A stretch of DNA of 64,000 nucleotides, taken from a virus (Duplodnaviria; Heunggongvirae; Uroviricota; Caudoviricetes). Positions 28,952 through 38,420 of this stretch are shown here, one piece after another. The position numbers were made by a program, and so were the translations under genes. Positions within the stretch are counted from its first letter, which is position 1. Every line of letters starts with the position of its first letter. The DNA lies in the IMG/VR virus record IMGVR_UViG_3300029705_006930. The stretch is one strand, 5' to 3'. The notes below the pieces were generated by a model. It ran no database searches. It saw only the letters and a list, made by a program, of their open reading frames with translations, and was not told the DNA's origin.

Positions 28952-29238
28952 ACAAACAAGATGAAGGATATGCCACACTGGGTGATATGACTGCAATATT
29001 TGCAACCATAAATGACCGGACAGACTATTTGGAACATCTGGCGAATTCATCAGCAGCCCGTATTATGGATATAGAGTCAAAAAGTGATTGTTATATAACT
29101 CAATCTTCGCTATATTGTATGCGCGATGACCTCTTACAGCAGATTAGTGAGCTTCGAGAGACAGTGAACATTTTGCTGGACAAGTATAATGCACTAAACC
29201 CACCTATCAGCTTTGATGAAATGATGGAAGGAGAATAA
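28948..29238 (+). CDS. Array family member 11 (..PPISFDEMMEGE), TTG start
   Basis: RBS GAGGAG 11 nt upstream of the TTG. Confidence 0.5.
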   Translation: MNKQDEGYATLGDMTAIFATINDRTDYLEHLANSSAARIMDIESKSDCYITQSSLYCMRDDLLQQISELRETVNILLDKYNALNPPISFDEMMEGE

Positions 29239-29239
29239 T

Positions 29240-29530
29240 ATGCATTTTAATGAACATCTTCGTAGGGTATGGGAGCGAACTACTGCTGCAATAACTACAT
29301 CTGACCATACGGAAAATACAGTGACTTCGTATGTTACAACAAGAAGTGTTCCTGATTATTGTACTACAAGCTGGACAGCACAACCATCATATAAACAATG
29401 GGTACATAAAGATGATTTGGATGCATTAAGATATTCCCTTGGCTGGGCAACGTCAAATCCGGCAGTAAAAGAGCCAGTATCACCGAAATACGATATGGAG
29501 TTTGAAGATTTGTTCAAGGAGGAGACATAA
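29240..29530 (+). CDS. Array family member 12 (..PKYDMEFEDLFKEET)
   Basis: RBS GGAAGGAG. Confidence 0.6.
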   Translation: MHFNEHLRRVWERTTAAITTSDHTENTVTSYVTTRSVPDYCTTSWTAQPSYKQWVHKDDLDALRYSLGWATSNPAVKEPVSPKYDMEFEDLFKEET

Positions 29531-29763
29531 TGCCGCCGAGACCAACATTTTTTGATGAGTTTACAGAAAATATAGTGCACAACACAATGCGAGAATTATC
29601 TGAATATGCAGCCCACTCCACGTTATCAATGGAAGACTCATTAGCTGATTTGAAAGAAACGTTGAAACGACTAAACATAAGTATTAATTTTGTAGAAACA
29701 GAATCTTTGACAGAAATTACATATGAGGCAGAATTTGAAGATTTAATGAAAGGAGATAAGTAA
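29530..29763 (+). CDS. Array family member 13 (..ITYEAEFEDLMKGDK)
   Basis: RBS AAGGAGGAG. Confidence 0.6.
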   Translation: MPPRPTFFDEFTENIVHNTMRELSEYAAHSTLSMEDSLADLKETLKRLNISINFVETESLTEITYEAEFEDLMKGDK

Positions 29764-30311
29764 TGTATTTTATTGGTGATACACATTTTGGCCATAAAAA
29801 TATTTTGGCCTATGATAACAGGCCTTTTAGTTCTATTGAACATCATGATGGCGAAATAATTCGACGCTGGAATAATAAGGTTACAGATATGAATGCAGAC
29901 GTTTATATGCTTGGTGATGTATCTTGGTATGGCGTTGAAAAAACAGTTGAAATTTTGAATCAGTTGAATGGTAAGAAGCATTTGATTGTGGGCAACCATG
30001 ACCATGCATTGCTTAAATCTAAAGCATTTAGAGATTGCTTTGTTGAAATTGCGGACTATAAAGAATTATATCTTGACAAAAAGACCGCAATTGTTTTGTC
30101 ACATTATCCAATTCCTACATATCGTAACTGTTACCACGGTTGGTATCATTTTTATGCTCATGTACATAACGGTTATAAACATAATATGATTTTAAAAATT
30201 AAGCAGCAGATGTGTGACTTGTATCAGAAACCACATAATATGTTTAATGTTGGAGCAATGATGCCGTGTTGTAATTTTGCACCGGTCGCCTTGGACGAAA
30301 TTGTGAGGTAA
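29763..30311 (+). CDS. Calcineurin-like metallophosphoesterase
   Basis: GDTHFG ... GDVSW ... GNHD motifs. Confidence 0.7.
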   Translation: MYFIGDTHFGHKNILAYDNRPFSSIEHHDGEIIRRWNNKVTDMNADVYMLGDVSWYGVEKTVEILNQLNGKKHLIVGNHDHALLKSKAFRDCFVEIADYKELYLDKKTAIVLSHYPIPTYRNCYHGWYHFYAHVHNGYKHNMILKIKQQMCDLYQKPHNMFNVGAMMPCCNFAPVALDEIVR

Positions 30312-30317
30312 TTACAT

Positions 30318-30671
30318 ATGATTAAACTTACTTTGACAGATGAGCAGGCACAGATTGTTGCTCAAGCTTGTGAATTTTATGCACGTGTAAGATATGGCCA
30401 GTTTAATGAAATCATTATAACAACATTGGAATGTGAACGTCCTTTTCCAAAAGATTTTAATGAGAGACGTGATGCCGCGCAGACATTGCTATTTGAGGCA
30501 CGCAAGTATTTACTTCCTGAATTGCACGGAGTTGGGCACAGCTATGGACTGGGACACGATGAAGTAAGTGATAAAGCCTATGACGTATATCAGGTTCTAA
30601 GAAAAGAACTTGGTGACAGTAGAGAACCATTTAGCTATTATGATTTGCCCAAAACAGAACGTTGTGAATAA
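30318..30671 (+). CDS. Hypothetical protein
   Basis: ORF track. Confidence 0.5.
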   Translation: MIKLTLTDEQAQIVAQACEFYARVRYGQFNEIIITTLECERPFPKDFNERRDAAQTLLFEARKYLLPELHGVGHSYGLGHDEVSDKAYDVYQVLRKELGDSREPFSYYDLPKTERCE

Positions 30672-30684
30672 GAGGTGATGGTTT

Positions 30685-31164
30685 ATGAAAAAATCATTTA
30701 ATCATTTAAGTTGGGTTGTTGTTTATTATGATTGCAATGCACAAAAAATCAAACCTTATGATATTTTAAAAAGTCGCGAAGACTTTATTAAACAGCTCAA
30801 AAAGAGATGTGCAACCAAAGAAGAGTTTTCAGAGCGTATGCGCGGCGAAATGATGTATCGTTATTGGTCTAAATGTGAGTGGGAACTTATCATTGAAATT
30901 GATGAAAATGACCACATTTGGTTAAAACCCTGGGTAGGATGTCGAGACCCCGAAAATTGTAACATTGATGTAACGGATTGGGAAAATGGATTTGACTGGC
31001 GAAAATTTGCTAAAAAACATATTGGTGACCAGGTGTACCGAAATAAAGCTAAAATTGATGTTTATGACCAGCTACGATGGCGATGGGACGAATTCATTGA
31101 TTATTGCTGGTATACAAGACTTAGATATGAACGTGACGATGCAAAGTTTCATAGAGAGCTATAA
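30685..31164 (+). CDS. Hypothetical protein
   Basis: RBS GAGGTG. Confidence 0.5.
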   Translation: MKKSFNHLSWVVVYYDCNAQKIKPYDILKSREDFIKQLKKRCATKEEFSERMRGEMMYRYWSKCEWELIIEIDENDHIWLKPWVGCRDPENCNIDVTDWENGFDWRKFAKKHIGDQVYRNKAKIDVYDQLRWRWDEFIDYCWYTRLRYERDDAKFHREL

Positions 31165-31167
31165 ATT

Positions 31168-31395
31168 ATGAATTTATATGGTGATTATATGAATAAAAAG
31201 ATGGAAGGAAAGATTGAAGAATCTTATAGGCATATTAAACCGTATCTTAAAGACCAAGAAATTTTAAAAGATATGTGTGAGCGTTGCGAGAGGTATTGTG
31301 GTAGGCAGCACGATTATGAAGAATGTTTGGATATGCCTTGTTTCAAATGTTTCTTGGGATATTCATATCTTCAATGGGAAACATCATGGGAATAA
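31168..31395 (+). CDS. Hypothetical Cys-rich small protein
   Basis: ORF track. Confidence 0.4.
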   Translation: MNLYGDYMNKKMEGKIEESYRHIKPYLKDQEILKDMCERCERYCGRQHDYEECLDMPCFKCFLGYSYLQWETSWE

Positions 31396-31419
31396 AAACA
31401 AACTTTTATGAGGTGAATT

Positions 31420-31725
31420 ATGGAAGTAAAAGAAGCAATTAAATACATTAATGATATTTTATCCTCTGATTATCATTATGATGAAACATTGGGATATCAA
31501 CTAACTTCAGATGATATTGAATGGTTAGAGATAGCAAAAGAAGCTCTTGAAAAACAGATTCCAAAGAAGCCTGAGAAGCTGACGTATAAGTTGCTGATTG
31601 ATGATGGTTGGATGTATGGATGTCCTACTTGTGGGTGTGCTTGTGGAGAAAACAAGTATCATCCAGACGTTACCAAAGGTGATATTTATTGTACACAGTG
31701 TGGGCAGATGTTGGATTGGAAGTAA
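31420..31725 (+). CDS. Zinc-ribbon protein
   Basis: CPTCGCACGE...CTQCGQ; RBS GAGGTG. Confidence 0.5.
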   Translation: MEVKEAIKYINDILSSDYHYDETLGYQLTSDDIEWLEIAKEALEKQIPKKPEKLTYKLLIDDGWMYGCPTCGCACGENKYHPDVTKGDIYCTQCGQMLDWK

Positions 31726-31752
31726 TAAAAATAAAATTTTAAGAGGTTGATT

Positions 31753-31971
31753 ATGGTTAAAGCGTATTCAAGAGGTTGGGAAATTTATTATGATGGCGAG
31801 AACTGGAGATATGTAGACAACAACGAAATCGAAAACGATTCTCGTCCTTGTAAGAAATGTGGATGTGTGCCGACAAAAGAAGGTTATGATGCTTGTTTAG
31901 GGCATATCAAAGGAGCAAAGTCTGCTTGTTGTGGGCATGGTGCAGAAGAACCATATATTATATATGAATAA
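31753..31971 (+). CDS. Small Cys-rich protein
   Basis: RBS AAGAGGTTG; CKKCGC...CCGHG. Confidence 0.45.
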   Translation: MVKAYSRGWEIYYDGENWRYVDNNEIENDSRPCKKCGCVPTKEGYDACLGHIKGAKSACCGHGAEEPYIIYE

Positions 31972-31988
31972 TAAAAATAGAGTTTTAA

Positions 31989-32174
31989 TTGAGGCAATTT
32001 ATGAAATACATAGCGACTATACGAATCCCAACACAAATTCCAAATAAAAATAGGATGGTATTTTCAGTAGAATGTGCATTTAAACAATTAGAAGATATAA
32101 AGAAACAATATAATGTGTTGCGGTCAAAATGGATTGACGGCGATTTAGTGGTAGAGTTTGAGGTAGAAATATGA
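31989..32174 (+). CDS. Small hypothetical protein
   Basis: ORF track. Confidence 0.4.
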   Translation: MRQFMKYIATIRIPTQIPNKNRMVFSVECAFKQLEDIKKQYNVLRSKWIDGDLVVEFEVEI

Positions 32175-32440
32175 AGTATAAAGTAATTAATATTTGTACA
32201 AATGAAGATGTAACAAATAAATATCCTTGGGTTATCACACCAAATGGAAATCTTTATTATCTGGATGGCGGAGATTTAACAGGTGATTTTGACGCTGAAT
32301 ATATTATTGAAGGAATTTATTTGCCTAATGATAAAATCCCAGAAAAAGATGAGTATTATCTTGACATGTCTGAAACTTCTGCTGCTTATGTTAATGGCTG
32401 GAATGATTGTCTTGAAGAAATTTTGGAGAGAAGCAAATAA
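32171..32440 (+). CDS. Hypothetical protein
   Basis: Overlapping start. Confidence 0.45.
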   Translation: MKYKVINICTNEDVTNKYPWVITPNGNLYYLDGGDLTGDFDAEYIIEGIYLPNDKIPEKDEYYLDMSETSAAYVNGWNDCLEEILERSK

Positions 32441-32466
32441 AAATGAAGTTTTAAGAGGTGGAAAAT

Positions 32467-32736
32467 ATGTTTGATATGAGTAAAGTATGCGAATATGCGT
32501 GTGATAGATATTATCAGGTGGTATATAGTTTAGGTCAGTACGATGTCGAGCAAAGCGTTCATGGTCTACTTCTGAATTATTATAGTGGCAATGTGGTTTT
32601 ATTGTCTGAAAAGGGAATATATCATATTAAGTATAAAGACATTGTTTTTATGAGACCAGTTGAACCACTCACAAATAAACTTAGTAAAGAGTTTAATGAG
32701 CTATTGGAATCTTTTAGAGAAGATAATATATCTTAA
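32467..32736 (+). CDS. Hypothetical protein
   Basis: RBS GAGGTGG before the internal ATG. Confidence 0.45.
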   Translation: MFDMSKVCEYACDRYYQVVYSLGQYDVEQSVHGLLLNYYSGNVVLLSEKGIYHIKYKDIVFMRPVEPLTNKLSKEFNELLESFREDNIS

Positions 32737-32749
32737 AACATACATTTAT

Positions 32750-33109
32750 ATGGTGATGAATATGAAATATATAATTGATTTAGATGCATTTAAAGATTGT
32801 TTGCATTTGCTAAGACACCCGATATTAAAATATGGCATTATAGACGCAGTCTATGTGAATGATGTAATCGAATTACTCGATAAATTCCCAAAAGAAAAAT
32901 ATGGCAATGAATGTATGGATATGCTTGAAAAGTTAGCTGATATTAATGAAGAAAATAATAATGATAAGTCAGAAAATTCACCAATTACAGCAATGAAATG
33001 TTGTGAATCAGAATCTGAGCATGAGTGGGTAGAATTAGTGTCATTATCTTATCCGCAGACAAGCGAAACCTATTGTAAAAAATGTGGTAAAAGGAGAGAT
33101 AATTTATGA
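32750..33109 (+). CDS. Hypothetical protein with C-terminal CxxC
   Basis: Start uncertain; ATGs at 32750, 32756 and 32762. Confidence 0.4.
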   Translation: MVMNMKYIIDLDAFKDCLHLLRHPILKYGIIDAVYVNDVIELLDKFPKEKYGNECMDMLEKLADINEENNNDKSENSPITAMKCCESESEHEWVELVSLSYPQTSETYCKKCGKRRDNL

Positions 33110-33360
33110 AAAAGATTTTAGTAATTATTTCAATGATAGCAATGTTCTTATTTGGTGCTTGCAGTGCTACAAATGTAGGTGCCGAACAGGATAATCCAAT
33201 TAAGATTTGGTTTGAAAATCATAATGGTAACCTTCTAACCTGTAAAGTTGTTGATGATAATACTGGAGTTAATTATATAGTTGTTGCATCAAATTACGAT
33301 GGAAGTGTAACAATCACACCACGCCTTAATGCTGATGGTACTTTGTATGTAAGTAAATAA
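33106..33360 (+). CDS. Lipoprotein (signal peptide with lipobox LFGAC)
   Basis: MKKILVIISMIAMFLFGAC. Confidence 0.6.
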   Translation: MKKILVIISMIAMFLFGACSATNVGAEQDNPIKIWFENHNGNLLTCKVVDDNTGVNYIVVASNYDGSVTITPRLNADGTLYVSK

Positions 33361-33374
33361 AGGAGAATTCATAC

Positions 33375-33658
33375 ATGAAAAGGCACCATCGGAACAACAA
33401 AGTAAATATGTCAGAGATATTATTAGATGGTTAGGCAAGGAGCCTCCTCACGAATTTTCTGCAGCGGCATATTATCAGTTTATAAGAGAAAATATTGACG
33501 AGCTGAAAAAAGTTCAGGCACATTATTACGAAGAACGTGGTAAAACATTGTGGGTAAGTCCATATAAAAAGAGCGGACAAAGTAAACATCATTATTATTC
33601 TGTTATGGATGAAGAAGAGGATGCTGATTGGCGAGCCAGCATGGATTTTGATTGGTAG
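33375..33658 (+). pseudogene. Frameshifted small gene (A4 homopolymer at 33378–33381)
   Basis: Strong RBS AAGGAG + ATG opens a 20-codon frame. The +1 frame continues for about 90 codons (..IRWLGKEPPHEF..MDFDW). One extra A would fuse them. Confidence 0.4.
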
Positions 33659-33668
33659 GTGATTTCTG

Positions 33669-33962
33669 ATGAATATTATTGAAAATGTTATAGTTGGCAA
33701 TCCAACTTTGAACCCAGCAACTGTTTTTGCTTATGATACAGAAGATTGGGAGCTGATTGAAAAGCCTAAAACTTTGTTCACAGCAGAACGTTATCTGCCC
33801 AAAATTATGAAAGATGTTGGCATTGTAAACAGCATTTCAGAGGTTAGACGAAATCAGCCCGGCCTCTGCATAACATTGGAGCAAGAAGAATTCCGGACTA
33901 TAAAATGGGGCAAAAAATTTTTATTCATCCTTGTTGGAGAGGAAACTGATGGAAACCATTAG
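33669..33962 (+). CDS. Hypothetical protein
   Basis: ORF track. Confidence 0.5.
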   Translation: MNIIENVIVGNPTLNPATVFAYDTEDWELIEKPKTLFTAERYLPKIMKDVGIVNSISEVRRNQPGLCITLEQEEFRTIKWGKKFLFILVGEETDGNH

Positions 33963-34203
33963 AGATATCTTATATGAATATATTTTAGATTTAAAACAGC
34001 GGAAACGTATATATAAAGTACCAAGTGTTCAAAGTCCTACAATTACATTTTATACTTCAGACTTTAAAAGAATGTTGAATCTCATTGATAAATATATAGA
34101 TGAAATCAAATGTCGAGATTCACTTTATTGCGAATATTTCTGCAATAAGAAAGGAAACAAAAATGCCCGAAGAAAAGAAACAAAATCCATGCGAGACTTG
34201 TGA
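33949..34203 (+). CDS. Hypothetical protein
   Basis: RBS GGAGAGG. Confidence 0.45.
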   Translation: METIRDILYEYILDLKQRKRIYKVPSVQSPTITFYTSDFKRMLNLIDKYIDEIKCRDSLYCEYFCNKKGNKNARRKETKSMRDL

Positions 34204-34300
34204 ACGCAGTTGTGATGGTTGGGAGGCTATGTTTTGTTGCGCTCGTTGCCATTATTTAGGCATTGAAGATTGTGACAGATGCGACCCATGGGATATATAG
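34163..34300 (+). CDS. Small Cys-rich protein (45 aa)
   Basis: RBS AAAGGAAAC; CETCERSC...CCARCH...CDRC. Overlaps the previous ORF. Confidence 0.3.
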   Translation: MPEEKKQNPCETCERSCDGWEAMFCCARCHYLGIEDCDRCDPWDI

Positions 34301-34308
34301 GAGGAAAT

Positions 34309-34518
34309 ATGAAACAAGAAAAAACAATTTCAGAAATGATTGCTGAATACACAGCTAAAGGATATACGATGTATACAAAAGGCGAAGGAGACAACATTAT
34401 TGGCTATCGTTTTGGTGAACCTATTGAAGCTATGGCCCTATGGGTTGATGATGGCTTTAAAACACCTGAAGAAGCTTTTATGTATTGGTACAATCAACAT
34501 AAGGAGAAGAAATCATGA
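34309..34518 (+). CDS. Small hypothetical protein
   Basis: RBS AGGAGG. Confidence 0.5.
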   Translation: MKQEKTISEMIAEYTAKGYTMYTKGEGDNIIGYRFGEPIEAMALWVDDGFKTPEEAFMYWYNQHKEKKS

Positions 34519-35006
34519 TAGGATTAATACTCACAATTTTTAGCATTGGTTTTATATATATGACAATTTGTGTCATTGCTTCATATAACCGCTTACACAA
34601 GAAATGGCGTAAATTTGAAAAAACACCGTATGTAAGATATGCAGTATATGATGCAGGAGATTTGCATCTCAAATATTCGCAGATTGATAATTTGCTTGAA
34701 TACTTCTATGACGGCGGAGAAGCTGAGATGATTGTATCAGGTAATATTGGTGTTATCAAACCAACTCAAATGAATTGTGATGCGTTTCATCTCAATTATC
34801 ATACTAGAGGTAATATGGTGGCACCTGTAACAAAGCAGTATAAAGTAAGATTTTCATTTATAGATTATCTAAAATATTGCAATAAGATTACCAAAATTGA
34901 ACAGATGCGAAAGCATGAAGAAGCAGTCCGTGAAAAAAATAAAAATAATGAAACGGTTGAATTGATTGCTATTTTAAACCAAGGAAAAGCCAAAATGAAA
35001 GGATGA
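34515..35006 (+). CDS. Membrane-anchored hypothetical protein
   Basis: N-terminal TM helix. Confidence 0.5.
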   Translation: MIGLILTIFSIGFIYMTICVIASYNRLHKKWRKFEKTPYVRYAVYDAGDLHLKYSQIDNLLEYFYDGGEAEMIVSGNIGVIKPTQMNCDAFHLNYHTRGNMVAPVTKQYKVRFSFIDYLKYCNKITKIEQMRKHEEAVREKNKNNETVELIAILNQGKAKMKG

Positions 35007-35010
35007 TTGT

Positions 35011-35412
35011 ATGAGCTCCTGGACACATATTGTTGCAGCAATGGCGGTTAATACATATGAGCGGAAAGACGATATTGCTGCTTATGTTCGTCACATTATG
35101 CGCGACGCTCCTAAAATTACAGGTAGTGAAAGTGATGCTGACATTTTTGTAGTCGAAAGACCGGGCCATGATATTGGCTGCTATCCTGATTGTGGACGGT
35201 GTCCATATGAAAATAGTGAAGGATGTAATCCACCTGAAGAATATGTATGCAAGAATGGGCATTATACAACTACGGTAATCATTACTGTTTTTGGTAATTT
35301 AAGAGACCGTCTAAAAGACCGTACCAAGCAAGAATATAAGGAGTTCAAAAAATATATCAAACAGCAAGGATGGTCTATTGAATATCAAACTTGCAATATT
35401 GAAGGATGGTAA
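35011..35412 (+). CDS. Hypothetical protein
   Basis: ORF track. Confidence 0.5.
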   Translation: MSSWTHIVAAMAVNTYERKDDIAAYVRHIMRDAPKITGSESDADIFVVERPGHDIGCYPDCGRCPYENSEGCNPPEEYVCKNGHYTTTVIITVFGNLRDRLKDRTKQEYKEFKKYIKQQGWSIEYQTCNIEGW

Positions 35413-35413
35413 T

Positions 35414-35770
35414 ATGATAACACGAGAGAAATCTGTAGCAGAACTTTATCCTAACCTTGATGCTATTTGGACTGTTATGGTTATGGAAAAAGTAGAAAAA
35501 GATAAAGTTACTGGGCTAATTGATACTGGTTGTACAGTTGTTTGGGGCTGGTATAAAAATTACGAAGATGCTAAGCGAGCTGTAATAAATAATATTACTG
35601 ACATTTGGGAAGGTATTTATCACTATGCAGTCGTCCAGCGCATCACAGAAGGTATCATTCCTGTACCTCTTGATGAGGAGCACTGGTTTAAATATAATCG
35701 TTACACTCATCAGTACGATGAGATTAAAACGCCCGACCTTGGGCACTGTATGATTAGGTCAATAGGATAA
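35414..35770 (+). CDS. Hypothetical protein
   Basis: RBS GAAGGATGG. Confidence 0.45.
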   Translation: MITREKSVAELYPNLDAIWTVMVMEKVEKDKVTGLIDTGCTVVWGWYKNYEDAKRAVINNITDIWEGIYHYAVVQRITEGIIPVPLDEEHWFKYNRYTHQYDEIKTPDLGHCMIRSIG

Positions 35771-35785
35771 ACGGAGGTGAATCCA

Positions 35786-36598
35786 ATGATAGATTGTAAA
35801 TTTAATGTTGAAAGACGACTTCAGCATCTTGCTGATTATGTAAAGGTAAATGACTTGACGGATAAAAAGCTTGCAGTTTTGCAGGTGGGAGATAATCCAG
35901 CTTCTAATTCTTACATAAAAGGCAAGAAAAAAGATGCGGACAAAGTAGGAATAACAGTACATCATATTAAATACGAGAACGACATCACGACTGATAAAAT
36001 TATTGAAGATATCAAACAGCTCAATAATAATGATGATGTGCTGGGCATTATTGTTCAGATGCCAATTCCAGAACATCTGGACAAAGAAAAGATTATTTCA
36101 ACTATTATTGACAATAAAGACGTTGACGGTTTTAAAAAGACAAGTCCATTCTTGCCATGCACACCGCTTGGTATTATATCAATTTTGGACGACATTAAGT
36201 ATGATGTTAAAGGCAGGACTGTATGCATTTTAGGACAGGGTCATGTGGGACGACCATTGACTCAGCTTCTGATGGATAGAGGGGCAACAATTGTTAGCTG
36301 TAATAGCAAGACACCTTTGCTGCAACGCAATTGTTATATGCGAACAAGTGATGTCCTTATTAGTGCAGTTGGACGCAAAGATTTGGTATTGCCAGGTAAT
36401 TTTTGGGATATGTTTTCTCAACGTTATGAATTTCCAGAAGTAATGATTGATGTTGGCATTAATCGCGATGAAAATGGTAAATTGTGCGGAGACTTTAGCC
36501 CAGAACTTTATGATTATGTAGAGAAAATTACTCCAGTGCCAGGTGGAGTCGGTCTTTATACAAGAGTCTCACTGCTTGAGAACACTATATATAAATAA
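35786..36598 (+). CDS. folD: Bifunctional methylene-THF dehydrogenase/cyclohydrolase
   Basis: VGDNPASNSYIKGKKK, GIIVQMPIP, DVDGF, TPLGI, GQGHVGRP, TPVPGGVG. Confidence 0.8.
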   Translation: MIDCKFNVERRLQHLADYVKVNDLTDKKLAVLQVGDNPASNSYIKGKKKDADKVGITVHHIKYENDITTDKIIEDIKQLNNNDDVLGIIVQMPIPEHLDKEKIISTIIDNKDVDGFKKTSPFLPCTPLGIISILDDIKYDVKGRTVCILGQGHVGRPLTQLLMDRGATIVSCNSKTPLLQRNCYMRTSDVLISAVGRKDLVLPGNFWDMFSQRYEFPEVMIDVGINRDENGKLCGDFSPELYDYVEKITPVPGGVGLYTRVSLLENTIYK

Positions 36599-36619
36599 GT
36601 ATATAAAGGGGGAATGTCA

Positions 36620-36811
36620 ATGAGTGTAATGCAGTGTAAAAATCCAAACTGCAACATTGAATTTGAAGCTGGAAATAATTCAAGAAATACTAAATATTGT
36701 GAACGCTGCAGAAAAGAGATGCGGGATGCATATATGAAACAGTATCGTGCAACCCATCGACAGAAGAATATTGAGTATCAAAAACTGTATCGACGACATG
36801 CGGCACTTTAA
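36620..36811 (+). CDS. Small basic zinc-ribbon protein
   Basis: RBS AAAGGGGGA; CKNPNC...CERC. Confidence 0.5.
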   Translation: MSVMQCKNPNCNIEFEAGNNSRNTKYCERCRKEMRDAYMKQYRATHRQKNIEYQKLYRRHAAL

Positions 36812-36876
36812 TTTGTTCTTGCAAAGAAAGTATGAAAAGAGTACTATGGAAGTAAGAACAGAAATGAGGTGTAGTT

Positions 36877-37770
36877 ATGATATTTGATTGGATTTTGGCA
36901 ACTGGGTTGGGAGCAGCATTGTTTGGCAAGACAATCAGTGAACAAGCTAATAAAAAAATAATCATGCAATCACAAATTGATAAGGAAAAGAAAATTGCAG
37001 ATGCTAAAGCCAGTTTGAAAGATGAATACATTAAGACATTTCATCATTATTGGTCTCATCCAGAATTGGCACCAGTTTATTTAGGCCGCTATTTTGTTAG
37101 AGCAACAACTAAGGAAGAAATATGTGAAATTCTGAATAAAGAACTCAAAGATTTTATTCTAAGTTATGCAAAAGGCAACCATAAAAATTGTGTTGTGGAT
37201 TCAGTATTGTATCCTGAAAATACATCAGCTATTTATATTTTAGAATCTATGCCTTTGATTATGACCAAAGAAGAACAAGAAAGAATCTTACAAGAAACCA
37301 ATTACAATCCTCCTGCATTAAGACGCAGAGATTTTCTAACGCCAGATTTTTTTTCAGAAGAATATCCAGATGATATCATTATAGATATGAATGAATATTG
37401 TTATTATGGAGCACAGCCTTGGAAATATATGAAATTTACCACAGGTTCACCATATGCTATGTATCATCAAAAGCACTGTATAAAAACAAAAATATATTTA
37501 CAGCATGAAAATGACCCCAAGTTTCGCCGGGCGGCCAATGGGTTAGGCAGAATGCCTCTTACACCAGAAGAAATGAGAACGCCTAAAGATATAAAACGGT
37601 CATATCCATACAATAGAAATAATCAAGAAGAACGCAAGTTTTACGCTGTTGCTCTTACAGATGAATATTATCGTTTAAAAGGGGAAACTATATCGATAGC
37701 TGACCTGAAACTACTATTGCGTTATGCAAATATTAGTGAGGAATATCAGAAACAACACATTATTTGGTAA
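36877..37770 (+). CDS. Hypothetical protein
   Basis: ORF track. Confidence 0.55.
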   Translation: MIFDWILATGLGAALFGKTISEQANKKIIMQSQIDKEKKIADAKASLKDEYIKTFHHYWSHPELAPVYLGRYFVRATTKEEICEILNKELKDFILSYAKGNHKNCVVDSVLYPENTSAIYILESMPLIMTKEEQERILQETNYNPPALRRRDFLTPDFFSEEYPDDIIIDMNEYCYYGAQPWKYMKFTTGSPYAMYHQKHCIKTKIYLQHENDPKFRRAANGLGRMPLTPEEMRTPKDIKRSYPYNRNNQEERKFYAVALTDEYYRLKGETISIADLKLLLRYANISEEYQKQHIIW

Positions 37771-37905
37771 ACATTTCCAGTTGAAATTGGATAATTTAGG
37801 AAGATAATTAGAATATACAATGCTGGCAGTATCGTAAATAATTTTAACAACTATTGGTTGTGAGGTTTTATCACACAGCCTTCTAAAATTATGAGGTGAG
37901 CCAAA

Positions 37906-38322
37906 ATGTGTATTCTAATTATTATTTTTCTATTGAATTTTGGCAGTAAAAGGTATAATATTAGTTATACAATAACAACTAATGGTTGTAAAATTTCTAT
38001 GAAAGGAAAACACAATATGCCGAAATACTGTCTCAAAGATGTTTTTGCATCAATTACAGGTTGCATAAATGCAAACAATAAAAATTCAGCCACCAGTTGT
38101 TTATTGCGAGTCTTATTATTTTGTAATGAAGATTGTTGTGTAGAATTATATATTGATAATATAATTTATAATTCAGCTTCATACATAGAAAATGAGCATT
38201 TAATATTTACAGCAGGTAAAATGAATCAATTAAAAATATTTAAAATAAATAAATTTGAAACTAAAGGCGACAAAATATTTCTACAGGTAAACGATAATAC
38301 CGATATTATAATTTGCACATAA
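37906..38322 (+). CDS. Hypothetical protein in a very AT-rich island
   Basis: Followed by hairpin AGTTCttcgGAACT + T-run (38333–38356). Start uncertain. Confidence 0.35.
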   Translation: MCILIIIFLLNFGSKRYNISYTITTNGCKISMKGKHNMPKYCLKDVFASITGCINANNKNSATSCLLRVLLFCNEDCCVELYIDNIIYNSASYIENEHLIFTAGKMNQLKIFKINKFETKGDKIFLQVNDNTDIIICT

Positions 38323-38420
38323 ATTATTTAAAAAAGTTCTTCGGAACTTTTTAAAAACCTATTATCAAAAGATGGTTTGTGTGTTATTATTATAGTAGAA
38401 AACAGGAAAGGAGAAAGTGT

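Noticed and set aside
24909-29763. Array proteins themselves being ubiquitin-like domains
   Set aside because: Sequences look predominantly helical and acidic, not beta-grasp. Kept only as a processing-site speculation.
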